Positions 1 through 9,249 of a stretch of 61,780 nt of DNA are shown here, piece after piece. The stretch spans positions 1 to 61,780 of the forward strand of contig JAFGVM010000066.1 in NCBI GenBank assembly GCA_016937995.1. The letters are read 5' to 3'. Every line of letters begins with the position of its first letter. Position 1 is the stretch's first letter. The notes below the pieces were generated by a model. It was given only the letters and a program-made list of their open reading frames with translations, was not told the origin of the DNA and searched no databases. This stretch comes from Candidatus Delongbacteria bacterium (lineage in GTDB: Bacteria; UBA4055). A program made the translations under genes and the position numbers.

Positions 1-212
1 GGTACTCGTACCGTATTTCCAACCAGTTAGTGCGTAAAAATTCCGGATATATGGTACGAGTACCGTATTTTTTTAATGTATATCAAGTTAGTAATAAAAA
101 TAAACAGTGAAGGATCTGCAAGTATTTAATTTTTCATTATCAAAGATATTGAATATATTTACTTATTTATTTCATTGAATAAAGACTACATCTTGCTTAT
201 TTTTCACCTTGT

Positions 213-800
213 ATGAAAATAAGACTATTTCTTCTAATATTGCTACTATGCAGATTGATCTATGGAAATTCAACGGACAGTACTGCATATTATGTGGATT
301 CAGCTGTTCTTGAAACAGAGAAGGGCAATATTACGATAACGTTCTTTGATAAAGATGCTCCAGATCATGTCCAGAACTTCAAGAACCTGGTCAACGAAGG
401 ATTTTACAATGGAAAATTATTTCACAGGATAGTAAAAGATTTTGTGATCCAGACAGGGAGAGCAGATAAAAATGATACGGAATTATTAAACCCTGAGATT
501 AATAAAATTCATTTCAGAGGTGCGGTCGGAGCAGCAAGAAAAGATGATAAAGTTAATCCTGAAATGAAGTCAGATCCTACTGAATTTTATATTAGTTTAA
601 GACCTAAGCCTGAACTGGACGGGAAATACACAATATTTGGAAGGGTGGCTGAAGGAATGGTAGTAGTTGAAGAAATTTCAAAAATGAAAACAAATGATGA
701 AGATTTCCCGGTGGAACCGGTAAAAATTGCAAAAGCATATTTGAAGAAGTATTTTGATAAGGAGAAGTACGAATATTTTAAAAATATAATTGATAATTGA
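213..800 (+). CDS. Cyclophilin-type peptidyl-prolyl cis-trans isomerase, exported
   Basis: Motifs FYNGKLFHRIVKDFVIQTG and LDGKYTIFGRV; N-terminal signal peptide. Confidence 0.9.
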   Translation: MKIRLFLLILLLCRLIYGNSTDSTAYYVDSAVLETEKGNITITFFDKDAPDHVQNFKNLVNEGFYNGKLFHRIVKDFVIQTGRADKNDTELLNPEINKIHFRGAVGAARKDDKVNPEMKSDPTEFYISLRPKPELDGKYTIFGRVAEGMVVVEEISKMKTNDEDFPVEPVKIAKAYLKKYFDKEKYEYFKNIIDN

Positions 801-816
801 AAATGGAAAATTGACA

Positions 817-1653
817 ATGAAACTAATAACAAAAATACTAAAATTCCTGAGATTCTATTTTAAACCGTTAGTAATATTTTCTGTCACTATGCTGATACTG
901 GGTTCATTATCGTTATTTATCTTCGATTCTGTAATAATGCCTTCGTATACTAATTTAGGAGATGAATATCCTGTACCGGATATTACAGAGAGGAATATAG
1001 ATGAAGCTAAAAGAATATTGGAAATGGATGGTTTTATACTGTCTGACGAGATCACAGAAAAGGTAGATTTTAATGTGCCTCCCGGTATAATAATAGAGCA
1101 CCATCCCAAGGCCGGATCTATTTGTAAAAAAGGCCGGAAAATATATGTTACAGTTTCAAAAGGCGGATTACCGGCAATCGTTCCAAATCTGATAGGTATG
1201 TCACCGCAGGATGCAAAGTATAATATACTTGATTCTAAATTGTATCTAGACAGTATCCTGTATGAATTCAGTGTTGATTTCCCGGAAGGTGTAGTGATGG
1301 GACAATCATTAGTAGTGAATGATTCAGCGGTTATAGGAGACAGTTTATTCATAGTAGTAAGTCTTGGTAAACATCCAACAGAATTTGTGATCCCGGGAGT
1401 AAAAGGGAAAAACATAGAGGAAGCAGCTGAGCAGATAAATAAAAGCGGGTTCAAGATCGGAGAAGTAGTGTATTACAAAGATGAAGATCTTTTACCGGGC
1501 ACTGTTATTGATCAGAAACCTTCAAAGGGTGAGATAGTATATCAGGGTACAGAGATAAGGTTGCTTGTATCAACTCTTGAAGATCCACCAGAAAAGATAG
1601 AATTTGATGAAGACAGCTTAAAAGTAGATAAGGTTGAACCTGAAGAGGAATAG
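817..1653 (+). CDS. PASTA-domain protein (three PASTA repeats, N-terminal TM anchor)
   Basis: Repeats VPDITE/VPNLIG/IPGVKG...G.VI.Q.P; ATG at 817 preferred over the track start at 790. Confidence 0.85.
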   Translation: MKLITKILKFLRFYFKPLVIFSVTMLILGSLSLFIFDSVIMPSYTNLGDEYPVPDITERNIDEAKRILEMDGFILSDEITEKVDFNVPPGIIIEHHPKAGSICKKGRKIYVTVSKGGLPAIVPNLIGMSPQDAKYNILDSKLYLDSILYEFSVDFPEGVVMGQSLVVNDSAVIGDSLFIVVSLGKHPTEFVIPGVKGKNIEEAAEQINKSGFKIGEVVYYKDEDLLPGTVIDQKPSKGEIVYQGTEIRLLVSTLEDPPEKIEFDEDSLKVDKVEPEEE

Positions 1654-1721
1654 CTTTCATTACATATGCATTTAGGTTATATTTAAATCATAATTAAAGT
1701 TAATCGAGAACCGGACTGATC

Positions 1722-2549
1722 ATGAATAAAAATTTTGTAGTAAGATCGTTAGTAGCACTAATAGCTGCACCTGTGATTCTATATCTTCCTTTTTTAGGGG
1801 ATCAATATTTTACTCTATTTATTTTTCTGATATCATTTCTTGGAACTAAAGAGCTTGTATCATTTTACGAAAAAAAGGAAGTATTTCTCAGCAAAACCGT
1901 AACATTTCTGGTTCCTTTAGTCCCAATATCTGTACTATTCTATGATCTTACTACCGGAATAGAAGTAGCATTTATTCTGGCTCTGATATTATTTTTAACA
2001 GAATTATTCAGAGGGAAAGAGAATCCGACCCAAATTGTGTCCGGTTATGCATTAGCATTCATTTATCTCGGTATTTTTCCTGCTGCCTTACTGGAAACTC
2101 TCAAGATCACTGAACCGATAATATTTATTTACATATACTCAGTTATCATGGCAACTGACATTTTTGCTTACCTGGGAGGAATGACATGTAGCAAAATGTT
2201 CAAGACCCATTCACTTGCAAAAAAGATAAGTCCCAAAAAGACAATTGAAGGTTCAATTTCCGGAATAATATTTGCGATTTTAACAGGAGTATTGATCTTC
2301 AAATACACTGCAATGTATGAAATGCGGGAATTGAGCATGATCAACGTATTGATACTTTCACTTATCATTTCGGTATTTGGGCAATTCGGAGATCTGTTCG
2401 AATCTATGTTGAAAAGAGATTCCGGAGTAAAGGACTCATCAAATATAATACCGGGACACGGTGGTATTCTGGATAGATTTGACAGTATTATTTTCATATC
2501 TCCAGTGGTTTTCATTTTTTTTAAATACATAATTTTTCTAAACAATTGA
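1722..2549 (+). CDS. cdsA: Phosphatidate cytidylyltransferase
   Basis: ISPKKTIEG and GDLFESMLKRDSGVKDSSNIIPGHGGILDRFDS signature. Confidence 0.95.
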   Translation: MNKNFVVRSLVALIAAPVILYLPFLGDQYFTLFIFLISFLGTKELVSFYEKKEVFLSKTVTFLVPLVPISVLFYDLTTGIEVAFILALILFLTELFRGKENPTQIVSGYALAFIYLGIFPAALLETLKITEPIIFIYIYSVIMATDIFAYLGGMTCSKMFKTHSLAKKISPKKTIEGSISGIIFAILTGVLIFKYTAMYEMRELSMINVLILSLIISVFGQFGDLFESMLKRDSGVKDSSNIIPGHGGILDRFDSIIFISPVVFIFFKYIIFLNN

Positions 2550-2568
2550 ATATAAAACGGGGCAAATA

Positions 2569-2910
2569 ATGGAAGGATACGAGCTGGCAAAAAAAATAAC
2601 CGAACTTGCTTTAGATAAAAAAGGTGAGAATATTAAGATCATTGATGCAACTGAGCACAAGTTACATTTTCAATATTTTGTATTGATAACCGGTGTTGTG
2701 GATCAACATCTTAAAGCACTTTCAGAGCATATCAGAAAAGAACTGTCAAAAATTGGTGTTAAACCTATCGGCTATGAAGGTCAATCTAACAGTAAATGGG
2801 TCGTACTGGATTACTCTGATATAATGGTCCATATATTTGACCCATCTTTCAGGGAGATATACAAACTGGAAGAACTTTGGCCGGATGTAAAGATCGAATC
2901 AGTGGAATAG
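2569..2910 (+). CDS. rsfS: Ribosome silencing factor (Iojap)
   Basis: DKKGENI, WVVLDYSDIMVHIF, YKLEELW motifs. Confidence 0.92.
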   Translation: MEGYELAKKITELALDKKGENIKIIDATEHKLHFQYFVLITGVVDQHLKALSEHIRKELSKIGVKPIGYEGQSNSKWVVLDYSDIMVHIFDPSFREIYKLEELWPDVKIESVE

Positions 2911-2913
2911 AAA

Positions 2914-3666
2914 GTGGAACTGATACTGGACATAGGTAATTCTACAATTACATCTGCATTTTTTAGAGATGATAAAATAATCGATATCTCCAGCATTAAA
3001 CATTTCAGAAGAACGGATGAAGTATCTCAGGAATTTATCCGTAGTATCGATCTCATTTTAGGATATTCCATTGATAAAATTGCGATAGCATCTGTAGCTC
3101 CTGAAATGACTGAACTTTATGGGAGATGTATAACTTCAAATACTGCAGTGAAACCCTATATAATTACTCACGACTCTTTTCCTGATATCAGGAGCAGATA
3201 TCAGGATATCAAAGAGTTGGGAATAGACAGGTTGTGCAATGTTGCTTATGCAGTGGAAAAATATAGAGATTCTGTAATCGTAATAGATATCGGAACTGCT
3301 TTAACGTTTGAAATAATCGGTCCGGAGGGATATTTTGAAGGCGGAATGATCCTTCCGGGTATAGATCTAAGCAGCAAAGCATTAAGTTCGAATACATCAC
3401 TATTACCTGAGATAGAAAAAAAAGGAATTGATTACATCATCGGTAAAAATACGATCGAGTGTATCAGCTCCGGAATAATCAACGGTCTGGCTTCCACCTG
3501 TGATAATTTGATCTATAAGATAGAGAAAGATCTGAAAACAAAAATGAAAGTGATCCTGACAGGTGGAGATTCGAAACTGATCAGTGACAAACTTGAGAAA
3601 GATCATGAAACTGTTGAAAACACAGTAATATTAGGCGCTAAAATTATTTATTCCAATCAACATTAA
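2914..3666 (+). CDS. coaX: Type III pantothenate kinase
   Basis: LDIGNS, LGIDR, IDIGTALT, GGMILPG, ILTGG motifs. Confidence 0.93.
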   Translation: MELILDIGNSTITSAFFRDDKIIDISSIKHFRRTDEVSQEFIRSIDLILGYSIDKIAIASVAPEMTELYGRCITSNTAVKPYIITHDSFPDIRSRYQDIKELGIDRLCNVAYAVEKYRDSVIVIDIGTALTFEIIGPEGYFEGGMILPGIDLSSKALSSNTSLLPEIEKKGIDYIIGKNTIECISSGIINGLASTCDNLIYKIEKDLKTKMKVILTGGDSKLISDKLEKDHETVENTVILGAKIIYSNQH

Positions 3667-3671
3667 AAAAA

Positions 3672-5033
3672 ATGAAAAGATCATTCTACATATTCATCAT
3701 TCTGCTATTAGCTTCTCAACTGTTCGGACAATCACTTCTCAATATAAAGAAAGCTGATTTTTTCAGACAGACCAAAGACGGAAGAAGAATTATTCACGGA
3801 CATGTGAGGATCGAGTATGATATATATAAAGTGGACTGTGACTCTGCCATAGTAGGCAAAGATCTAAAAAGTGCAAAATTATTTCGTAATGTTGTTCTTA
3901 GAGATACTTCATTAACGATACATTGTGATAAAGCTGATATTTTCAGATTTGAAGATAAAAGATCAGCATATTTGACAGGTAATGTCAAGATACATCATAA
4001 GGATGTTTCTGTATTTGGTAAAACGGCTAATATTGTTGAGTTATTTGACAGATTAATGGTAAAGGACTCAGTAAGGGTTGAATATTATCAGACACCATCC
4101 CTGTTGTTCTGCAAAGAACTGAAATACGATATGAAGAAAGAGACTATAGTTTCAACCACTATCGACAGTGTTTTTGCTATTGATTCCCTGAAATATTATG
4201 AACTGAAAACAGACAGGGCATTTTATGACCTGAACTCTTCAACTTTACAGCTGAATTCAAAATATGATCTAAAAGTTAATGAATTCGTAAACCCTATAGA
4301 GAATATTTCCGGGTTTAAACCAATAAATATTCTGAGTATTAAAGATACAGTGAAGTTTAAAAGCTGGTTGAATTTTAAAGCTGTGAAAGGTACTTTCAGA
4401 TTTGATAATAATATTTTTTCAGCAAGAGGCGGCTGTGAATTGTCAAGATATGTAGAGAGTGAACCGGATACACTGTTCTTTCAATGCGATAATATTGATC
4501 ATTCATCGATCACAGGAATAACTCAGTTCGATAAAAATGTTTCGATAGAAAAAGGAAAGATGTCCGTAACCACAGATTATGGAGAATTTCATGAGAAGAG
4601 CGATCTTGTAAAACTTCTTATAAGTCCAAAGGTCATCAATGATAAAAGTACGATCACCGGAGATACTATCTTAATTTACGCTGATAATCAAAATTTCTTC
4701 CCGAAAGAGGCATCGGTCATTAGCAACGCGAACTTTATATCAATACCAGATTCTAATAATGTCAGGGAAATTGACCGGATGAAAGGCAGAAAAATGGATA
4801 TGTGGTTCAAGGATGAAAAACTTTCGAAAATTCTTATTTCAAAGGAAGCTGAAATTGTGTATTTTATAAGAGAGGGACAGGCTGAAAGTAATGCCTCGAA
4901 TTACTTGCTTGGAGATACTCTGGTGATCCATCTTGATGAAAAGGGGATCACAAAGGCAAAGATCAAAGGTGGTTGTGAGGGGATATATTATCCGGGTAAT
5001 TTGAAAATGAAAGCTTTGGAAAAAACAAAATAG
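3672..5033 (+). CDS. OstA/LptA-like LPS transport beta-jellyroll protein
   Basis: Signal peptide, beta-rich repeats (CDSA, GNV, GDTI); directly upstream of lptB. Confidence 0.7.
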   Translation: MKRSFYIFIILLLASQLFGQSLLNIKKADFFRQTKDGRRIIHGHVRIEYDIYKVDCDSAIVGKDLKSAKLFRNVVLRDTSLTIHCDKADIFRFEDKRSAYLTGNVKIHHKDVSVFGKTANIVELFDRLMVKDSVRVEYYQTPSLLFCKELKYDMKKETIVSTTIDSVFAIDSLKYYELKTDRAFYDLNSSTLQLNSKYDLKVNEFVNPIENISGFKPINILSIKDTVKFKSWLNFKAVKGTFRFDNNIFSARGGCELSRYVESEPDTLFFQCDNIDHSSITGITQFDKNVSIEKGKMSVTTDYGEFHEKSDLVKLLISPKVINDKSTITGDTILIYADNQNFFPKEASVISNANFISIPDSNNVREIDRMKGRKMDMWFKDEKLSKILISKEAEIVYFIREGQAESNASNYLLGDTLVIHLDEKGITKAKIKGGCEGIYYPGNLKMKALEKTK

Positions 5034-5041
5034 AAGTGAAT

Positions 5042-5788
5042 ATGAAAGAAATATTAAGAGCGGATAATTTAAAAAAGATATACAGTCGTAAAGAAGTTGT
5101 AAAATCAGTTTCCATTGAGCTGAAGAAAGGTGAGATTGTAGGATTGCTTGGTCCTAACGGAGCAGGCAAGACCACCACTTTCTATATGATGACCGGAATG
5201 ATCAAGCCCAATGCCGGAGAGGTTTATTTAAATGGTAATAAAGTCACAAAAATGCCAATGTATAAACGCGCCAGACAGGGTTTGGGATATCTGCCACAGG
5301 AAGCTTCGGTATTTCGAAAACTATCTGTTGAAGATAATATCATGGCAATTCTTGAAACTGTTGAAAAAAGTAAGAAAGTGAGAAAAGAAAGACTTGAATT
5401 ACTTCTTGAAGACCTGAAGATCGGGCACATTAGAAAAAGTTTGGGATATTCTCTCAGCGGTGGAGAAAGAAGGAGGGTTGAGATCACCAGGTCACTGGTC
5501 ACAAATCCGGACTTTATTCTTCTGGATGAACCTTTTGCAGGAGTAGATCCTGTTACGATAGAATCAATACAGGCAATTGTTGTAGGTTTAAAAAAGAGAG
5601 GTATCGGGGTTCTGATAACCGATCATAATGTTTATGAAACACTTAAGATAACTGACAGAGCTTATATTCTTTTCGACGGTAAGATAATGTTAGAAGGATC
5701 ATCAGAGTTCCTTGCAAGTGATCCTACGGCCAGAAAACTCTATCTGGGTGAGAATTTTAAACTTCACAGAAAAGAGGATATAGACTAA
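5042..5788 (+). CDS. lptB: LPS export ABC transporter ATPase
   Basis: GLLGPNGAGKTTTF, LSGGERRRVEI, LLDEPFAGVDP, ITDHNV; lptB-rpoN synteny. Confidence 0.96.
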   Translation: MKEILRADNLKKIYSRKEVVKSVSIELKKGEIVGLLGPNGAGKTTTFYMMTGMIKPNAGEVYLNGNKVTKMPMYKRARQGLGYLPQEASVFRKLSVEDNIMAILETVEKSKKVRKERLELLLEDLKIGHIRKSLGYSLSGGERRRVEITRSLVTNPDFILLDEPFAGVDPVTIESIQAIVVGLKKRGIGVLITDHNVYETLKITDRAYILFDGKIMLEGSSEFLASDPTARKLYLGENFKLHRKEDID

Positions 5789-5896
5789 AAGGTCATGCTG
5801 AGCCGATTCGTTGCACAGACCTTATAAATTATTTGGAAAAGTTAATTCTTTGACGTTGTTCATAGTGACTTTTTAATAAAATTGGGGAGGTGTATC

Positions 5897-7324
5897 ATGT
5901 TAAAACATACTTTAAACACCAATCTCAGGCTAGACACCAAACTGGAACCAGCGGTAATTTTACGATCGGAAATCTTAGCTCTCCCAATTTTACAGCTAGA
6001 AGCAAAAATAAAGCAGGAACTTGCTGAAAATCCATTCCTTGAATCAGATGAATTTGAAATTGAAGATCCTAACATAGATCAGATAGATGATCAGCCTGAT
6101 ATTGATGTGCAGGAGAAAACGGAGGATATTTCTATAGAGGAGTTCATTTCTGAATTTTCAAATTACGAGGACAATTTCCCCGGTCAATATAATAAAGATG
6201 ATGATGATAATGATTTTCAGCAGCCTTTTACTAAAACACTGAAGGATTCTCTGTATGACCAGCTTTATCAGGATAGTTTTCTGCAGGATGAGATCGAGAT
6301 CGCACAGAAGATAATCGACAATCTTGACGAATGTGGATTCTTCAGACTGGAACTTGCTGAAATCGCTGATACTTTCGAAAATATATCAGAGGAAAAAGTA
6401 CAAACTGTATTGAATAAAGTTCAACATCTTGAACCAGTGGGTATAGCAGCCAGGAGTATTCAGGAAAGTCTTATTATTCAGCTTAAGTCAAAAAAGTTAT
6501 ATATGCAGGATACATTAACCGTGCTACAGGATCATTTTGATGATTTTATGAATAATAAAATGGCTCTTATCATGGACAGAACAGGCATATCCCGTGATCA
6601 GATGATTGAAGTTATTGATGAGATCAAGCATTTAAATCCAAAGCCCGGACTTTCCAGATTAATGGATCCCTGGGAAAAATACTCAGATGATAATTCTGCT
6701 ATAGTTCCTGATTTTATTATTCAGCGGATAGATGGAAAGCTTCAGGTATTTTTGAACTCTCCTTCAATACAGAACCTGTATGTTAATGAAAATGACGCAA
6801 AGATAATGCTTTCCAACTCTGCAATGGATAAGAAAGGGAAAGATTTTGTCCGTAATAAATTTGAAAAAGCCAAATGGTTCATAAATGCTATCCAGCAAAG
6901 AAGAAGAACACTGAAAAAAGTTATGTACTCAATTCTTAAATTTCAGGATGAGTTCTTTGAGGACGGACCTGAAAAGTTAAAACCTTTGATATTAAAAGAT
7001 GTTGCTGAAGATATAGGTATGGATATTGCGACGATCTCCAGATCTACGAGAGGGAAGTATGCTTACACTGAATTCGGTATATTTGAGTTAAAATATTTTT
7101 TTACCGAAAAGATCCATACTGATGAGGGAGACGATATCTCAACAACTTTGATCAAGACAAGACTGAAAGAGATCATAGATTCTGAGGATAAATTGCAGCC
7201 TTACTCCGATCAGAAACTTTCTGAGATGCTGACAAAAGAGCACAAGAACATTGCTAGAAGAACTGTACAGAAATACAGAGAACAAATGCAGATTCCTTCT
7301 GCAAGGATGAGAAAAGAGATTTAA
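5897..7324 (+). CDS. rpoN: RNA polymerase sigma-54 factor
   Basis: RpoN box IARRTVQKYRE, ENPFLE, LKPLILKDVA; GGAGG RBS before ATG 5897. Confidence 0.96.
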   Translation: MLKHTLNTNLRLDTKLEPAVILRSEILALPILQLEAKIKQELAENPFLESDEFEIEDPNIDQIDDQPDIDVQEKTEDISIEEFISEFSNYEDNFPGQYNKDDDDNDFQQPFTKTLKDSLYDQLYQDSFLQDEIEIAQKIIDNLDECGFFRLELAEIADTFENISEEKVQTVLNKVQHLEPVGIAARSIQESLIIQLKSKKLYMQDTLTVLQDHFDDFMNNKMALIMDRTGISRDQMIEVIDEIKHLNPKPGLSRLMDPWEKYSDDNSAIVPDFIIQRIDGKLQVFLNSPSIQNLYVNENDAKIMLSNSAMDKKGKDFVRNKFEKAKWFINAIQQRRRTLKKVMYSILKFQDEFFEDGPEKLKPLILKDVAEDIGMDIATISRSTRGKYAYTEFGIFELKYFFTEKIHTDEGDDISTTLIKTRLKEIIDSEDKLQPYSDQKLSEMLTKEHKNIARRTVQKYREQMQIPSARMRKEI

Positions 7325-7402
7325 AATGTATTAAATTTCGTGTTACTGCGTCATATAATTCTTTATTTAACAGCATTTTTTATAGATTGTTAAATATAAA
7401 AT

Positions 7403-7747
7403 CTAACAGCATCCTCCATCACCATCGGAACAGCTGCAACCACAGGTACAACCTTCCTCAAGTGTACCATCTTTCAATTTACGCAGATATGTACTAAGAT
7501 TTCTTTTGCGAATTTGCTTAAGATCGATCCTGTCGATAATAATATTCATGCCATCGATGGGTTTTGTACAGCATGCATACTTGATCTCTCCATCTATCTC
7601 AACGGCACAACCCATACAACAACCTTTTCTCTCTTCTGCTTTATAACATGGAGCAGGTATGCCAATTTTATTTCTGTCTGCAACATCGACAATGTTCTTA
7701 TCTGTTGAAATGACTTCGATTTCTTTGTGATCAATTGTGATCTTCAT
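7403..7747 (-). CDS. Stand-alone 2Fe-2S ferredoxin-like domain (NuoG/hydrogenase N-terminal type) with Cys-rich tail
   Basis: IPAPC...GCCMGCAVEIDG...ACCT; tail GCTCGCSCSDGDGGCC. Confidence 0.75.
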   Translation of the reverse strand: MKITIDHKEIEVISTDKNIVDVADRNKIGIPAPCYKAEERKGCCMGCAVEIDGEIKYACCTKPIDGMNIIIDRIDLKQIRKRNLSTYLRKLKDGTLEEGCTCGCSCSDGDGGCC

Positions 7748-7791
7748 TATAGAATCCTTGTTTTTGTTTTTGGGCTTAATAAATTACGCTC

Positions 7792-9138
7792 CTACACAGT
7801 TTTATGCATCCATTTTCCACGCCTGAACCAGATAGATAAGCCTACACCTTCAATTATGATCGATAATGTAATACCAAACCAGATCCAGTTAATTCCAAGA
7901 TACAGATAATAAGTTGTAACTACAGCAAAACCGACTTTTCCCAGCCAGTTGGCAATAAAGGCAATTATCGTTGGAGGAGCGGTATCACCGGCTCCGTTAA
8001 ATGCTGCTGCATAAACTGTCATTGGAACGTTGAAGATCATTCCCAGAAGGACTATGATAAGATACCCGCTTCCTGCATCTATAACAGCTTGATCAGTCGT
8101 AAAAATACCGATCGCAAGTTTTGACAGTGGAATTCCAATAGCCATAATGATGAGAGTGAAAACAGCACCGAATTGCAAACCTGTTCTGGTAGTATCATGT
8201 ACACCTTTGATATTATTCTGACCGAGAAATTGACCTACAAGAGTTGAGATCGCTACTCTCATTCCCTGCATGAATATAAATATTATTGATATCCATTGAA
8301 CTCCAAAGCTGAAAGCAGCTACACAGTAAGTTCCGTGAAATGTAATGATCTTCTGTAGGAAAATTGCCGATAATGGTCTTGAAAGGCTGTTCATTCCACT
8401 CCAGACACCGATCTTTAAGATCCTTTTTATCATATTAAAGTCAGGAATGAAAGTCTTGAACCAGCTTAGATTAAGATTTTTATCTCTATACAAAAGAATA
8501 GCCAGCCAAGAGCAAGCTATAAGTTCTGCAATAACTGTTGCCAGCGCTGCTCCTCTGACTCCCAAAGCAGGAATAGATAGAAGATCAAATCCAAAGATCA
8601 GCACAGGGTCTAAAAAAATATTTAAAATACTCATGAATGTGAAAATGAACATCGGTGTCTTTGTATTTCCAGAGGACTGAAATATTACTCCCGAAGTAGA
8701 TCCAAGCATTATCAAAGGGTAACCTAAAATAAGTATACTGAAGTATTGGTTACCCAAGTCCTCAACAGTTTTTTCAGCATTGAAGAAACCTATCAGATCT
8801 GTTGAGAAGAAATATGTTATTGCACCTATGATCAATCCTAAAGAAATTGCCAGTAGGATCGATTGTTCAGCACTTTTTGCTACTTCCTTTTCATTCTTTT
8901 CTCCGGTCTTTCTTGAAACCAGGGCTATCGTTCCACCCGTGATCAAAGTACTCACAGTTATAAGCACCCAAATGATAGTAGAGCTTAAACTTGATCCGGC
9001 AGCCTCGTTAATACCGAGTTTGGCAATAAAATACCTGTCCACAAAACTCAGGATACTGAACATTATCTCACCCATCATTACGGGTAGAGAGAGAGTTAAT
9101 ATCCTTTTAACGATTCCTATTTCTTCTTTGAGTTCCAT
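7792..9138 (-). CDS. MATE family efflux transporter
   Basis: About 12 TM segments; GNTKTPM, NIFLDPVLIFG, LGVRGAALAT. Confidence 0.93.
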   Translation of the reverse strand: MELKEEIGIVKRILTLSLPVMMGEIMFSILSFVDRYFIAKLGINEAAGSSLSSTIIWVLITVSTLITGGTIALVSRKTGEKNEKEVAKSAEQSILLAISLGLIIGAITYFFSTDLIGFFNAEKTVEDLGNQYFSILILGYPLIMLGSTSGVIFQSSGNTKTPMFIFTFMSILNIFLDPVLIFGFDLLSIPALGVRGAALATVIAELIACSWLAILLYRDKNLNLSWFKTFIPDFNMIKRILKIGVWSGMNSLSRPLSAIFLQKIITFHGTYCVAAFSFGVQWISIIFIFMQGMRVAISTLVGQFLGQNNIKGVHDTTRTGLQFGAVFTLIIMAIGIPLSKLAIGIFTTDQAVIDAGSGYLIIVLLGMIFNVPMTVYAAAFNGAGDTAPPTIIAFIANWLGKVGFAVVTTYYLYLGINWIWFGITLSIIIEGVGLSIWFRRGKWMHKTV

Positions 9139-9200
9139 TCAGATCCTGCTCTAAGTCATTAAGTTTTGCAAATATATGAAATATTATCAAATGTTGCATT

Positions 9201-9228
9201 AAAAAAGTCCGTTAGAACGGACTTTTTT
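9201..9228. terminator. Intrinsic terminator downstream of the giant surface protein gene
   Basis: AAAAAAGTCCGTT-AG-AACGGACTTTTTT hairpin flanked by A and T tracts. Confidence 0.8.
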
Positions 9229-9249
9229 CACAGAGACACCTGATCTTGC

